Assembly (NCBI GenBank): GCA_040437565.1
Contig: JBDOQK010000004.1
Coordinates: forward strand, 496,001 to 560,000
Direction: 5' to 3'
DNA from: Albugo candida
Lineage: Eukaryota
DNA length: 64,000 nucleotides
The notes beneath the pieces were generated by a model that did not search any database, was not told the origin of the DNA, and was given only the letters and a program-made list of their open reading frames with translations. A program made the translations under genes and the position numbers. Positions 47,662 through 61,000 of this stretch are shown here, one piece after another (the first letter of the stretch is position 1; the number at the start of each line of letters is the position of its first letter).

Positions 47662-49499
47662 CTACTGATCAGCTTTGTCACGTGTATTCTCGTCTCCCAG
47701 TAATGGCTCAACTATCTGCTCAACCTCCCGGGTATCGAGAGATCTGTGCGTATTCTGTTTCACAGCATTTCTTTCTCGATCGACTGCAAGCCGCATTACA
47801 CTCGGAAGTAAGCACGCTACTCCAATTGCCATCGAGTAGAGTATGATAGCAGAGAGAAAAGGCAAAATACGGGTCCAAGCCTGCTGGACCCTCATTCTTG
47901 AGTACATAAACGCGTACAGAAGAGGGCCCGTAGCTTCGAAAACAGCTCTAACGCCAACAATCGCTCCTTGGAGCCTTCCTTGTTCCTATCCAGCAAACTG
48001 TCATGACCACATACCAGAAAGGATAGGACAGTTTTGTACTTGTAAAGGACTCGAGATAGAGAATAAAGACGTGATCGCTATATGTGATAGTACTTGAATT
48101 CCTGAGACTCCATCCATCGCGAACACAATCCATTTGTATGGATACCACACGAGGAGTGCATAGGTCAGACACGGGAGTACATAAAAGAAAAGTGAAATGA
48201 TCACGACTCCTTTCTCCTTCCCGCAAAATCTCATCAATAACGGCAAGCAAAATGTCTGAGCCAGAATGCAACTGATACCATGTATCAGAAAATGACGTGC
48301 GATGTCCGAGTCTGTAAAGTTTGCGGTCGTCTATATCATTCAAAATAAGATATCAGAGTCGCAAAGTAGTCGCAGGCTCCAGGTACATTGAGGTAAAAAG
48401 ACTGAATCTGACTCATTCCACTTGCGGCAAAGCTGACAAGACCGATCAGTCCAGTGAGTTTCCGATAAAATGATGAGCGGTTAAGCGTCGAGAAGCTGTG
48501 TAATGGGTTCAAAAACTGACTCCATGGGAAGCTCTGCTTTCTTGCTGAAGGTGGAAGTGTTTCGTAAATGAAGAAAATACTAAAGAAGCAGCGAGCAAGA
48601 TGGAGAATCGCCGAAATCCCAAGTACATGAAGCTAAAGACGATCCTTAGACTTGGATTGAGCGCAGTGTTGGATACACTACCTTTGAGACTCTGATTTCG
48701 ACTATAGAGCTGAGTGAAAACCCAGCCAAGATGAACGCCGTATTAAGCCCAAAAGCCCAAGCACGAGATCGTGCAGGTACGAAATCAGCAATGGAAGCGC
48801 TTCCAATGCTAATGATCCTATTGTCAGCGCTCATGATCAAACCAATAGGAAGAAGGAGAAAACAACAATGTCTACTGGAATCCATCCGCGATAAGCTGAA
48901 AGATGAAATATGGCCAAATCGGACCAGATTTGATGATAAAGAGCATCAGTGTGAATGGATACGGAAGTTGCAAAAGCTGATTCAACACAATGAATGGCTG
49001 ATAGGAAGCGAGTTTTGTGAGGAAAATGATGGTAAAGATACAAATAAAAGCGATTTTAGCTCACTTTTCTTCCAACACAGTCGGATGCTAGTCCAAACAT
49101 CGGCGACATGACTACCTTCAGCACACAAACCAAAGCCGACAAAAGACTCGAGTACCAAGATGCGATTTTGGATCCCTCCACGCACGCCTGGCGATAAGAA
49201 TGTGGTATGAACGCCTACAGTTGATTTGTTTGTGTACCTACACGGTCAGCGGCACTGTGGAAGCAGTCAATATGCTGTCCTGGAAGTTGATACTGAGTTG
49301 CGTAATACTATAATTCGCCTGTCAGTTATTTAGAATTTTCCTTTGAATTTTGTGTGACCTGCGTGATCGCAATGGAAATGATCGGAGCTGTTATTCCCCA
49401 TGAAAAAGACTGAAGGAACGAAAGCGCGAGTAGTGGTCGCAATCGCGCATGCATCTCATGAGATGGCATCGCTTCCAAATTCCGCTCATACTTTTCCAT
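47662..49499 (-). CDS. Major facilitator superfamily transporter (HIAT1/MFSD14/TetA-like), multi-exon
   Basis: Manual splicing through several short GT-AG introns gives MFS motif A (PMFGLASDCVGRK), ASIADFVPARSRAWAFG, FIYETLP and EQGRLQGAIVGVRAVFEATGPLLY. The start at 49499 is tentative. Confidence 0.8.
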
Positions 49500-49761
49500 C
49501 TTTTGTAAAGATTATAGCCTCTCCAAGCTGATCCCATCGGACATCCTATCGCATTGCTGCATCGTTCACTATTTGCCTTTACGCTACCCGCTGCAGGCAT
49601 CTGACTACGTATCTCGTATCCCCTCACGTATGCATGGATTGTGTCGACAGCTTCGATTTTCGCTACCTCTATAATAGACAAACTACACAAAGGTCTGAGC
49701 TGTAGCCACTCGAAAGCAGTTTGGTGCTTCTATTTTTGAACACAAAACCTTCTCAAGCTCA

Positions 49762-50163
49762 ATGGACGTCAATCGTATCTTTTCTGCTGAGCAAATCGCT
49801 GTTCCTTCAGATCTTCCTCTTATTCTCAAAGAATGGACAAAAGCGGTTTTTCGAGAGCATCCCAGCGACTTGCTTGAGTTCTCTTTAGAATGGTTCAAAG
49901 CTGGGGAAAAAGCCATTCAGGCTGAAATTATCAAAAACAAACAGCTTAGCCTTTTGTGTGAAGCTTTTGAAGCACGGACAGCGAGTGTAAAAATGCAAAA
50001 AAAGGATTTCAAAGCATTCATTTTAGACGATTTGGGATTAAAAATTCCGGAGAATGAATTAGAGGAAGTGTTGCTGGACTTCGATACCGGGAATAAAGGG
50101 TTTTTGGAGCTTGATGAGATTGTCGATTGGCTTACCCATCGACGTGAACATGGCGTCTTTTGA
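49762..50163 (+). CDS. RIIa (D/D) domain + EF-hand protein, ropporin/radial spoke RSP11-like
   Basis: IFSAEQIAVPSDLPLILKEWTKAVFREHPSDLLEFSLEWF is an RIIa dimerisation/docking pattern. DTGNKGFLELDE is an EF-hand loop. Confidence 0.75.
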   Translation: MDVNRIFSAEQIAVPSDLPLILKEWTKAVFREHPSDLLEFSLEWFKAGEKAIQAEIIKNKQLSLLCEAFEARTASVKMQKKDFKAFILDDLGLKIPENELEEVLLDFDTGNKGFLELDEIVDWLTHRREHGVF

Positions 50164-50282
50164 TTCATCAACGGCTTCTGTATCGCTTTTGGGGCACAGC
50201 TGCGACGCCATATTGGCAAAAGTTGATCTATTTCTGAGTTTACTCCTTAGAGGTTTCATAACGAAATAGTAAAAGCTTTTGT

Positions 50283-53200
50283 ATGACTGCTATGCACATG
50301 ATACCGTTACCATTCCAGTACCTCCGTACGGGCCATAGTAAAATGACTGAGGAAGGACCACAAATGTCCAAAGTAGTTCCATGTGCTATCCTTCCGATTC
50401 CAAAAAATGACATGGCAGAAATGTATAATATTGGCCCGACCCCACGCTACAAACATGACGTAGACGTCACGGTCGGAAAGGCGGGTTTCATGGAGAAGGT
50501 CGCGTCACCCATCAAATCCAAGCTACAGGTGATGGGAAGTAGTGTGCATGATCTTAAAACAAATTTGTTTCGCGGTAAAAGTGAGGTTTATTTGATCAAG
50601 AAAAAGGAAGATGTTGGATTTGCGTTTTTTTCGCTCCGGTTTGTGGACGTCGGTATGGAAATGCGATATATTTGTGCGAGAAGAGCTAAATATCAAAGCA
50701 GACTTAAGTTTGGCGCGTCATTCACTTCCTTTTTCATCCCATTGCTTGTGATCATGCAGGTCAGCTTCAAGTCGAAAGATGAGTCGGAAAGTTGGGCGAA
50801 ATTCCCTCTTGTGATCATCTTCCCCGGTACATTTTGATACAATATTTTACTTTGCTTGCTGGCTGATCTTCTGCGTTAGGTATCGTCATGTGTATGGGAG
50901 TTTTGGTTTCAATCTATTTTCGCTATTTTTTACGACACCCAAGGATGCTCTCAGTGGTATGTTTGATTGCTCAAGTTTCCGCGCTATTAGACACCACTAA
51001 AGCCGCAAGTTCTGTCTCGGAGAGGAATGCTTGGGTCCAATTTATTTTCTCCTTAGGAATCACCAGCTCCACCGGCATACCATTCCCTCAATCGATGGGA
51101 GTCTTATCACTTACAAGTTTGTTATTAGTGTTTATTGCTTGGGTTCGATACGCTACGGATGTTCCGACTTTTGCTTCTACTGTTGGATCCCCCGGTACAT
51201 TGACAGTTGCAGTGGTGTTGTATTCGATTTTGCTGGGATTTCTGGCATGGAATTGGGAATATGAAGAACGACGTGACTTTGTGTTGACTGAAAGATTGGC
51301 AAAGGAGAATGTATTAGTGCAAATGACAATGGAAATGACGGGATGGTTTAGCGGTGGGGCAACTAGTAGTAACTCGCATACGGAGGGCTCCGTTGGAGTT
51401 TTGAATGCGAACTGTCACATTGATCCAAAGGACGTACTCGTGAAGGAGGAACTGGGTCAGGGTACTTTTGGATGTGTTTACTCGGCTACGTGGAAAGAGA
51501 CTCAAGTCGCTGTGAAGAAGATCATATTACAGGGAGATACTCGGGCGATTATCACGAGCTTTGGGGCTGAAGCAAGTGTGATGGCGCAGCTGAGACATCC
51601 AAATATCGTCATGTTTCTGGGTGTCATGATACACCCTGACTTTGTCGGATTGGTCATGGAATTGTGTCCTAAAGGAAGTGTTTACAGCGTCATACATAGC
51701 GAGGAAGTCAAAGTCGATTGGTCGCTGATGCTTCGAATGCTGATGGACGCATCAAGAGGAATGCACTTTTTGCATTCCAACAATTCACCAATTCTCCATC
51801 GTGATCTTAAGTCTGCAAATCTCCTTATTGACGCAGATTGGAGATGCAAAGTGTCTGACTTTGGCTTGTCCGAGCTCAAAGCTTTTCGTGGAAGTGATAG
51901 TGCCGCGATGATGAACCGGGCCTTTATAGGTTCCAGCCTTTGGATTGCCCCAGAGATATTTCGTGGAGAATCGAATACTGAAAAAAGTGACGTTTATAGC
52001 TTTGGAGTGATTCTGTATGAAGCTATCACCGGAAGCATTCCGTACTCGAATATTGCAGTAGATGCGATCCCTTTCGTCGTTGCGGATGGAAAGCGCCCAA
52101 CCGACTTTGAGGCGATTATGAATTTGGAAAACCATACTTTCTTACAAGAAATGGTGGTACTCATGAAAAGCTGCTGGGATGCAAATCAGCTTACTCGGCC
52201 TGCCTTCGGCTCCATCATTTCCAAGATACAAAGCATTTTGATAAAGTGTGTCGCGAATGAAAAATGGGATGATTACATCATTTATCCTGACAGAAAGATT
52301 AGTCCAAGTGGATTTTTTCGAGACGATGATGGGCTTTCCGTTCGGGAGGAGGACTTGATTTTTGAATGTGAGATTGGAAAAGGCGTTTTTGGTGTTGTTT
52401 NNNNNNNNNNNNNNNNNNNNNNNNNNNNNNNNNNNNNNNNNNNNNNNNNNNNNNNNNNNNNNNNNNNNNNNNNNNNNNNNNNNNNNNNNNNNNNNNNNNN
52501 GCCTTTATAGGTTCCAGCCTTTGGATTGCCCCAGAGATATTTCGTGGAGAATCGAATACTGAAAAAAGTGACGTTTATAGCTTTGGAGTGATTCTGTATG
52601 AAGCTATCACCGGAAGCATTCCGTACTCGAATATTGCAGTAGATGCGATCCCTTTCGTCGTTGCGGATGGAAAGCGCCCAACCGACTTTGAGGCGATTAT
52701 GAATTTGGAAAACCATACTTTCTTACAAGAAATGGTGGTACTCATGAAAAGCTGCTGGGATGCAAATCAGCTTACTCGGCCTGCCTTCGGCTCCATCATT
52801 TCCAAGATACAAAGCATTTTGATAAAGTGTGTCGCGAATGAAAAATGGGATGATTACATCATTTATCCTGACAGAAAGATTAGTCCAAGTGGATTTTTTC
52901 GAGACGATGATGGGCTTTCCGTTCGGGAGGAGGACTTGATTTTTGAATGTGAGATTGGAAAAGGCGTTTTTGGTGTTGTTTTCAAAGGAAGCTACTTTGG
53001 AACCGCTGTAGCCATAAAAAAACTTTATGTGAGTGGCGTTCCAAAAAACGCACTGACTGAATTTGAAAAAGAGTGCGCTATCATGAGAGGTCTGCGTCAT
53101 CCAAATATTGTCCTCTTCATGGGCTCATGTTCAAAGCCTCCGACGCTGTTGTTGGTGACCGAACTTTTACCGAATGGATCGTTCTTCGATATCTACCACA

Positions 53201-53742
53201 AATCACCTCGACCTGAGCCTTACCAGCAGCTTCGAATTGCGTACAACTTGGCATTCGACATGGCGAAAGGTTTGGCATATCTCCATAATCACAATCCTGT
53301 TGTGATTCATCGAGATTTGAAATCGCAAAATGTTCTTCTGGATGATAAAATGAAAACAAAAATAGCCGATTTTGGACTCTCAAAGTTTCGCGATGTTGGT
53401 AAAACACTATCAATTTGTGGAAGTCCATTATGGGTGGCTCCGGAAGTGCTGAGAGGCGAGAAATACGGATGTGCTTGTGATGTGTACAGCTTCTCTATCA
53501 TCGTATGGGAAGCACTGGGATGGGGTGAGCCATATCCCGAGTTGAGTTCTAATGAAATTATGCATGGTGTCGCAGAGGATACGCTGAGGCCCGTTGTGCC
53601 AGAAGGAACTCCAGCTGCATTCGCTTATTTATTGGAAGAATGCTGGACCAAGAAACAGAACAATCGACCGTCTTTTAGTGAGCTTGTGCCTCGTCTCGAA
53701 GCGTTGGTCCGTGACTTTTCCTTACAAAGCGTTTCCTTGTAA
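50283..53742 (+). CDS. Multi-pass membrane protein with two tandem TKL (Raf/MLK-like) kinase domains
   Basis: Intron 50827-50879 and about six hydrophobic segments. Kinase 1: GQGTFG/VAVK/HRDLKSAN/DFG/APE. Kinase 2: GKGVFG/VAIK/HRDLKSQN/DFG/APE. The break at 52401-52500 is an overlap artefact (offset 581). The start could be 50343. Confidence 0.9.
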
Positions 53743-55096
53743 GGAAAAAATGTATCACAACGGCTAAGTGTGCATAGAGGGTTCGGAAGACGCAATAATG
53801 GTCGATAGGAACACTCATCAAAGTTTCGTCTGGGATACAACGTCAGATGAATGGAGAGATTGTGCACAGAAGGTGTATCTATCTACAATATAAGTGAGAC
53901 GAATTTGTGGAGTCCGTGCTATAGACTGCTAGTGATGAACACATGCAAGAGCTACTAATCGTCAGAATAGTTTTCGGTACCTCGTGATTTATTCTCGTGA
54001 GGATTTAGGCTTCATGGGATCAATTTATAGGTTCCAACACTTGTTAGACGCCTCTACTCAGGATGCACTCATATTGCTTCCGAGATCAGGATGCAATGTT
54101 ATGGACAAGTAACTCGCGTCATCAAGCGCAAGTTTTGTTTGGCATTGTATCTCATATCGTGATGATGTCGACGATCGCTGGGTTCTACAGCTCTGATTCC
54201 CAGTCAATTTGTCATTGTGCCCAAAAAGACCCTCGGTGTACGTCACAAAGTTTTCATTAGTTATGCACCGCCACCTGAAGTACAAATTGCGGAAATTACA
54301 AGAGTTCCATTTGTTGTGAATGGGAAACAGATCATAAGTTTTACGGAACAACCAAGCGTCAGCGATCCATAATGCTGTATTCGAGGAAGAATGTGATGGT
54401 GGTATGCGAATTTAGGATGAATACTACCGGCCACAAACCCTCGTACCTGTATTCGACGTCACATTTGTTAATGCATGCGCTCTTCCTATTGATCGTTCAA
54501 GTGGAGCAGGTTACTTTGTCTGGGTTAGATGCTGAGTTTGATGCACTGTAATAGACTGCGCTCAACAGTATAGAACTGCTTAGAACATTTAATGTACAAC
54601 AAGCAAGCAAGGTCATACAAATCTGGTGCATAGTCACATTAGTATTTCTGGCTTAATCACATCATAAGACAACTATATTAGTCCATCCACTGCGCATCTA
54701 ATTATTTGTGTTTTGTCCAATTTGGCTTTCATGCAGGTCTTTGTACGCCATTTCCAAATACTCAAGTGCTTCGAATTTTTTATACAAGGGAAACACACAC
54801 ATGTAAATGCTTATACTTGAATGAACACTTTTAGCTTTGTGAGAAATCATCCTCCAATTATTATTTATCATTCAGTGTTGTCATTTGTTTTGATTCCCTT
54901 AGTTATTCATATGCTTTATCACCGACGCTTTGATGCAGCACATGACTCGAGTTTAGAGAATAGGCAGCACTGTGCTCACGGCTCACTTATTCACCAGTTA
55001 AAATTCAGTGAAGATCTTCTCCCATGGTACAACTCTATAAAAGTATCGGTAAAATTTGATGGTTGCTAGAAGTCTCACAATCCATTTCTACACGTT

Positions 55097-56957
55097 ATGC
55101 TAATTCAACAAATTTTAAGCGTGATTCTGATCCATTTTTCTATGTGTATTGCCAATGGTCCGTATCAGGAAGTAATAACCACAATCAGCACCACAATCAA
55201 CAATCGAAAGACATCTAAAATGAATTGCCAAGACTGCCTTCTATCTAGCGGGAGTGCCTCTCGGGCTATACTGCTGCGATCGCATGTAGAAAAATATAAT
55301 ACTGAAGTTGCGATATTTAAATTCACTGCCCCAAGATATGGTTTGGTACTAATCGAGCAATACTGTAAGATACGTTCAGAATGTGGTAAATTTGAAGTTC
55401 ATGAACCTTATCCTTTGGATGATCACTCAATCATTCAAAAAAACGGGCTCCCAATGTCAATGCTATGCCTTGCCCAGACTTCGAGAAGTGCGCGATGCAG
55501 AGCCTGCTTGAAAGAAGTCAGTGATTCAGCATATTTGGGAAATTTTGTAGCGTCAGGATCAGAATCAGAAAGATTCGTTTCGCTGAGAATTCTCTTCACA
55601 TCAAGAAAAGCTACGGATATAATCGCGTTATGCAGTGCGTCGCAAGCTTGTGCCGGATCAACTGTGCACCTACCGAGAGACATATGCGTTCATCTGGTTC
55701 CCGAATATTTAAAGTCCCATGTTACATCGCACGAAGAAGGTACGATCACTCCGGCAGCTCGCAACACAGCAAAACCAATGAAATCTCTACAAAATCAGAT
55801 CAGGTCTACTAATCGCGAGCGCCGGTGTTTTGAACTTTCTCACACTAATATGGAAGAGGTGCGTAAGTGTCTGCACTCGCTTGCGATAGCCAGCAAGGGG
55901 CTTGCTGTNNNNNNNNNNNNNNNNNNNNNNNNNNNNNNNNNNNNNNNNNNNNNNNNNNNNNNNNNNNNNNNNNNNNNNNNNNNNNNNNNNNNNNNNNNNN
56001 NNNNNNNNCACTAATATGGAAGAGGTGCGTAAGTGTCTGCACTCGCTTGCGATAGCCAGCAAGGGGCTTGCTGTTATGCTCCATCAGGACTTAAAAATAA
56101 AATACGCTTACACTTATGGAGACATACCTAAAGACCTCGAAAAACATTGTGGTAAACCAATTCTTGAGGTAGACATAAGTATTTGTAATGCGCGCAATGC
56201 TCACCATTACGACACATTTCCCATCAGCAATCAAATTTCTGTTTATTCGGATACGGGTGCATCAATAGAGCAAGCAAATGGGAAAATCAAGTACACCAGT
56301 GAATGCGTTTGGGAACAACACAATCCTTCATCTACTGATTGCGAATCATGCATCGCTTTTCTTGACGTCTCAGCAAAACAAACTACACAGCTCTCAAAGT
56401 CGACATCTTTGACTGCTCTCAGTAGCGCCTTTGAAAAAAGAAAACTCGCCAGTTGCATCTCTCAAAAAAAGCATTCTAGCTGTGATCAACTCGTGTTTGT
56501 GCCAAATTTCATGTGTGGTCATGAGTTAAAATACAATATTTTTGACCAGGAGCGACAGCAAGGTACCACATACTCAAGACTATATGATTCAGTCGGTTCT
56601 AGTTCCAATCCACGCAATTCCCCTTATGAATACCTCGAATCATCTCGAGGATCGATTCTTTTGTTTGGCACGCAAATCGGCAAGTTTCAAACTCTAGCGT
56701 TGGTCCAATTCCAGAGTTCAGATGCCCAGGCGTGTCTGGAATCTCTTGCACTGAAGTACAATGTTTTCGTAATTTCGCTCATCAACCAGTACGTCTGGAT
56801 GCACCATGAACCCGACCAATCCTTGAGTAATGTTGGTTCGTGCACAAATCTTGCCATACTCGGTACCTTGGAACCTGATCTCGACATGTTGCGAGCAATA
56901 TCGGCTGAAGATGTGAAGATACGTTTCTCTCTCGAAAGATCCGATACGACTGCATAG
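55097..56957 (+). CDS. Divergent secreted CCG-class effector candidate, copy 5
   Basis: Signal peptide MLIQQILSVILIHFSMCIA. CQDCLLSSG, ARCRACL...SDSAYLG, LVFVPNFMC and CLESLALKYNV...NQYVWM all align with copies 1-4. About 564 aa after removing the 166-nt gap artefact. Confidence 0.8.
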
Positions 56958-57879
56958 AAAGCGTCACTGAAAATGGGAAACGTATAAATGACAGCATATG
57001 AACGTTTAGTGTAATACAGTGTTTGCACTTTGCCAATTTCCCATCTACTTTCTGTTTGTCCTTCCGTTACCGCGAGGAAGTCTACTTGACATGGAAGTTC
57101 TTATGCGGTGAGACTTCTTACACCGTGTTGGTGTGCAGGTGTGTTCACGTTGTCAGAGAAAAAAACATAGAACTAGTCTGAGAACAATAGCGAGTTGTAG
57201 GTAATTTAATCGAGCCGATCCCTTGCTTCCACAATTGACAAGAGTGCGGTTTGCACTGCTCGGGCTTCAGGGTGGTTCATTTAAAGAAATATATACACAT
57301 TTACGTAGAAATAAATATGCAATTATAAAGTGCTGCTTGCTTCAAGCTCATCACATGCATGCAAGCAATGTCACGATGTCAACGAGGATGCACTCATTCC
57401 TGTTCGTCATTGTCGCATGTGCGCAGTCCGCAATGTGATTATTTTCTGTGTGATTGCGTCGCTATCGACCGTAGCCATCTCACACAATTTAGGTCTCACG
57501 TCGGACCGTGATCCCGTGATGGTATTTTAATACACTGATGCAAATTTTGAGCGGAATTTCGAGAGAATTTCCGATTTACGTTTAGTGGAAAAGCCTCCTC
57601 GGTTGCTGTGATCGGTACATAATGTAATCATACGGACTTCCAGTGCGGTAGCTGACAGCAACTTATCTGCTTCTGTTTGTAAGTATTCCGCCAGCCAAGT
57701 TCCGGATTTATCAAGTAGAGGGAAGAATTTTAAGCAGAGTAAATCTGACTTGAGACAAGTTATATCGACAAGAAGTCACATCAAACTGAAGCATTCTGAC
57801 TCATTTGATATGAACGCGCGGTAAAGTAAATGTATTCAGTGCGGCATGCAACGTCATCCACCTTTGATCTTGTTTTAGT

Positions 57880-60800
57880 CAGCGTGAGCACGTTCAAGGA
57901 GAAAAGTTAGATGGTTTTGTAAGTACAAGCCAGATCTTGGTGCCGTTGGGGATCTACACAAAATACCTCGTAGCTTATTTCGTAGGTGCAAAGCTGTGTG
58001 CCTCAGCATGTTCAATGGACCGCCTTCGTCGAACACTAGAAAGAGACGCTTGCAAAAGAGACGAAGTGCATAAGCGACAATGGTATAGCACTCTTCTAAT
58101 GCAATCGGACGAACTAGACCGTTTGAATTCTGAAACAACATCTATCAGTCATGCAGTCCATGCTTTGAACCGAAAGCAAGATTAATTAAACCATGAACTT
58201 AACAATTTGCAAGCGCAAATCAATGAATTCTACTCTTTCTGCGAGAAAGATGCAGCATGGAGGCAACTCCAACAGAAAAGATTGCTTGAGGTGCAACAGA
58301 TGGTCGCTTCGGCTTTAAAGTAAAGTTACAAGCGATCGACCACCGCCAAACTCAACAAACTAGCGAATTGGCGCAGTGAAGCACTACTTGTCCCTCTCGC
58401 TTGATTCAGTCATGGGCAACGTCAACAAACTTCAGTGCTTTGATATGGTCAATTTACGAAAGGAGCTGTCAGACTTTGAGTCTTATTGCATGAAGCAAGG
58501 CACTACAGTAGGGAATCAACCGGAGAGAAGGAATAAGTTGAAGGTTTATGAAGACCTGGATAAGTTAAGCAAGGAAATTAGCAGTGCATGCCAAAGATCG
58601 GCCTTCAACCAGATTGAGGTACTTAAAGCTAAATGAGCTGGTACTATAAATTTTCAAGCTCTATCGTCATATTCACGACCAGATCAGGAGCGAAGCTACT
58701 GGCGGAGAGATCAGAAAAGATGCATGGATTACATCGATGCTGAACGTCAAGAAATATACGCATCAGTGGCCTGGCAGATGCAAGAAATGAGCAAAGAGGT
58801 ATTGCGGATGTGAAGGATTGTGTGACGGAAACTTTCGTCAAAAACATGAATAATGATGATATTCAATCTCATTTTGCTTCATCGATGGCTTCTCTCACTG
58901 AGAGATGTCCCAGTTTAGAANNNNNNNNNNNNNNNNNNNNNNNNNNNNNNNNNNNNNNNNNNNNNNNNNNNNNNNNNNNNNNNNNNNNNNNNNNNNNNNN
59001 NNNNNNNNNNNNNNNNNNNNACTGGCGGAGAGATCAGAAAAGATGCATGGATTACATCGATGCTGAACGTCAAGAAATATACGCATCAGTGGCCTGGCAG
59101 ATGCAAGAAATGAGCAAAGAGGTATTGCGGATGTGAAGGATTGTGTGACGGAAACTTTCGTCAAAAACATGAATAATGATGATATTCAATCTCATTTTGC
59201 TTCATCGATGGCTTCTCTCACTGAGAGATGTCCCAGTTTAGAAGCTCGAGCAGATTCTATATCAAGAGAACTGAATTGAGAATTTTGTGGCATGAAACAC
59301 AATTCGATTCACTAGAGCAGCAATCGTGAAGTAAGGATGTCAAGCTTTAGTTCGAGGCTCTTCGGAAGACTTATGAATTAGGTATAAGCCAAGCTTTAGA
59401 GAGATGGATTGTTAAAAGACTCGCAGAGTCTGCGATGATCGTAATACTATCACGTAACATATTTAAACGCAAAGAGAAATACTTCCTAGCTCGGTTCTAG
59501 TACCTCTGTACAACGTGAAACGGCTGATGTTGAGTCGATTTTGCATCTGCTTCAAGCACATTATCAGTTCCCTTTGCAATTTTAGCTAGCAAGACGTATC
59601 GTTGCATGTAGTCAGCCTGATCGATTAACCTTAGTGTCGAAGATACGAATGCTTCCACGGAGTTCCTTATCTCGTTACGAAAGGATCCGAGCGCATCCAA
59701 GGACCATTTTAAAGAGTCGTCAGAAAAAAGGATAGCGGGACTCGATGTCGATAAAACTACTCAAAGAAATTGGCAAACGATACTTCTATTCACTCAGTAT
59801 GGACACACGAATCTATTACGAGATGTGGGGTACCGAATCAAGAGATATTTTTGAGCGAAGTACAGACTGAAGCCAATACTGCACAAATCCACTTCCCTAT
59901 AAGGCGGAACGAGTCCGAGGGCTTGACCAAATTCCAGGAAGAGTACATTATATTTGAGGAACGTCTTACGTATTTGCGCTCGAAGACTTACCGGCAGAAT
60001 ACATGACAATGAGCGTCCAACCATTGATCATTTGCTAGTTCCTTTATTCAAACAAGGTCATTCGGCTACTTAGCATGACTTTATCGATAAATCACACTAT
60101 GATCCTATGACCACACCGAGAGCTGCGGATATAAATCTTCAGTGAGAAAAAAAAGAAACTATTTCTGCAAACCGACATCCAGCCGCATTCTGATACGGAA
60201 AGATTTAGAGTTGAACATGCTGAAGCTCTACAGCATCACCTTTCTAAAAAAAGCGACGGAATCAGCCAAAAATTTGCATGAAATTACAGCACTGCATTGG
60301 AGTGTGCAGAATCCCGGGTCGATCAATGAACATTACAAGAATTTCGCTCTTGCTGATTATCGATATATGTCCGGTAATATGGAAGACGAGGTGACCTGTG
60401 GATTGCTTCCGAAGCAATGTTCGCATTGTACAAAAGACACAAGGTATTGCTAGGACTCAATCCACATCGATTAGAGCATTGTTTTTTTTGGCACTCAGGC
60501 TCGCGGGCTATATCAAAATCTGCGAATACAGGATTGTACCATGCATTTTCAAATGCGGCGCCAAGGTTCTACGGCGCGATTTGGCAAAGCATCTTTCTTG
60601 GCACAAATCAAAGCATGTGCTCCAGTTGTATCCGTGCATCTTGTAGGTTATATGGAGATTTTGCAATAAGAATGATGGTGCTGCAAATCAATGTACGATG
60701 TACGAGGATCATTCTATGGTCATCATGGCACAATGTAAGGAATCCATATGCTTGCTGCGAGGAGAAGCCATCAAATTGTCAATACCGCAACGTCAGCGTT

Positions 60801-61000
60801 GATAAAGAAGAAATGGCCGGTCATTGAGGTAGCGATCTCATCAGAAAATAGTTGCGCTATCAGTACGATCTTGTAAGATAGATAGATTGCTTGTCGTTCC
60901 GTATACACGGCGCCCAGGTGAAAGCGCACAATCGCTCGCTAAAGATCAGCTTGCGCATTAATACTCACATCGATATGAAAAATACTGAATTGAATCGTGA
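57880..61000 (+). pseudogene. Decayed coiled-coil protein gene with C-terminal TRAF-type zinc-finger-like repeats
   Basis: Chain of short plus-strand helical ORF fragments with stops and frameshifts. Ends in CGLLPKQCSHC, CEYRIVPCIFKCGAKVLRRDLAKHL and CEEKPSNCQY...EEMAGH. Confidence 0.45.

Noticed and set aside
47662-49499. MFS transporter looked like a frameshifted pseudogene in the ORF track
   Set aside because: Short GT-AG introns reconnect the fragments in frame wherever I checked, so it is treated as an intact gene.
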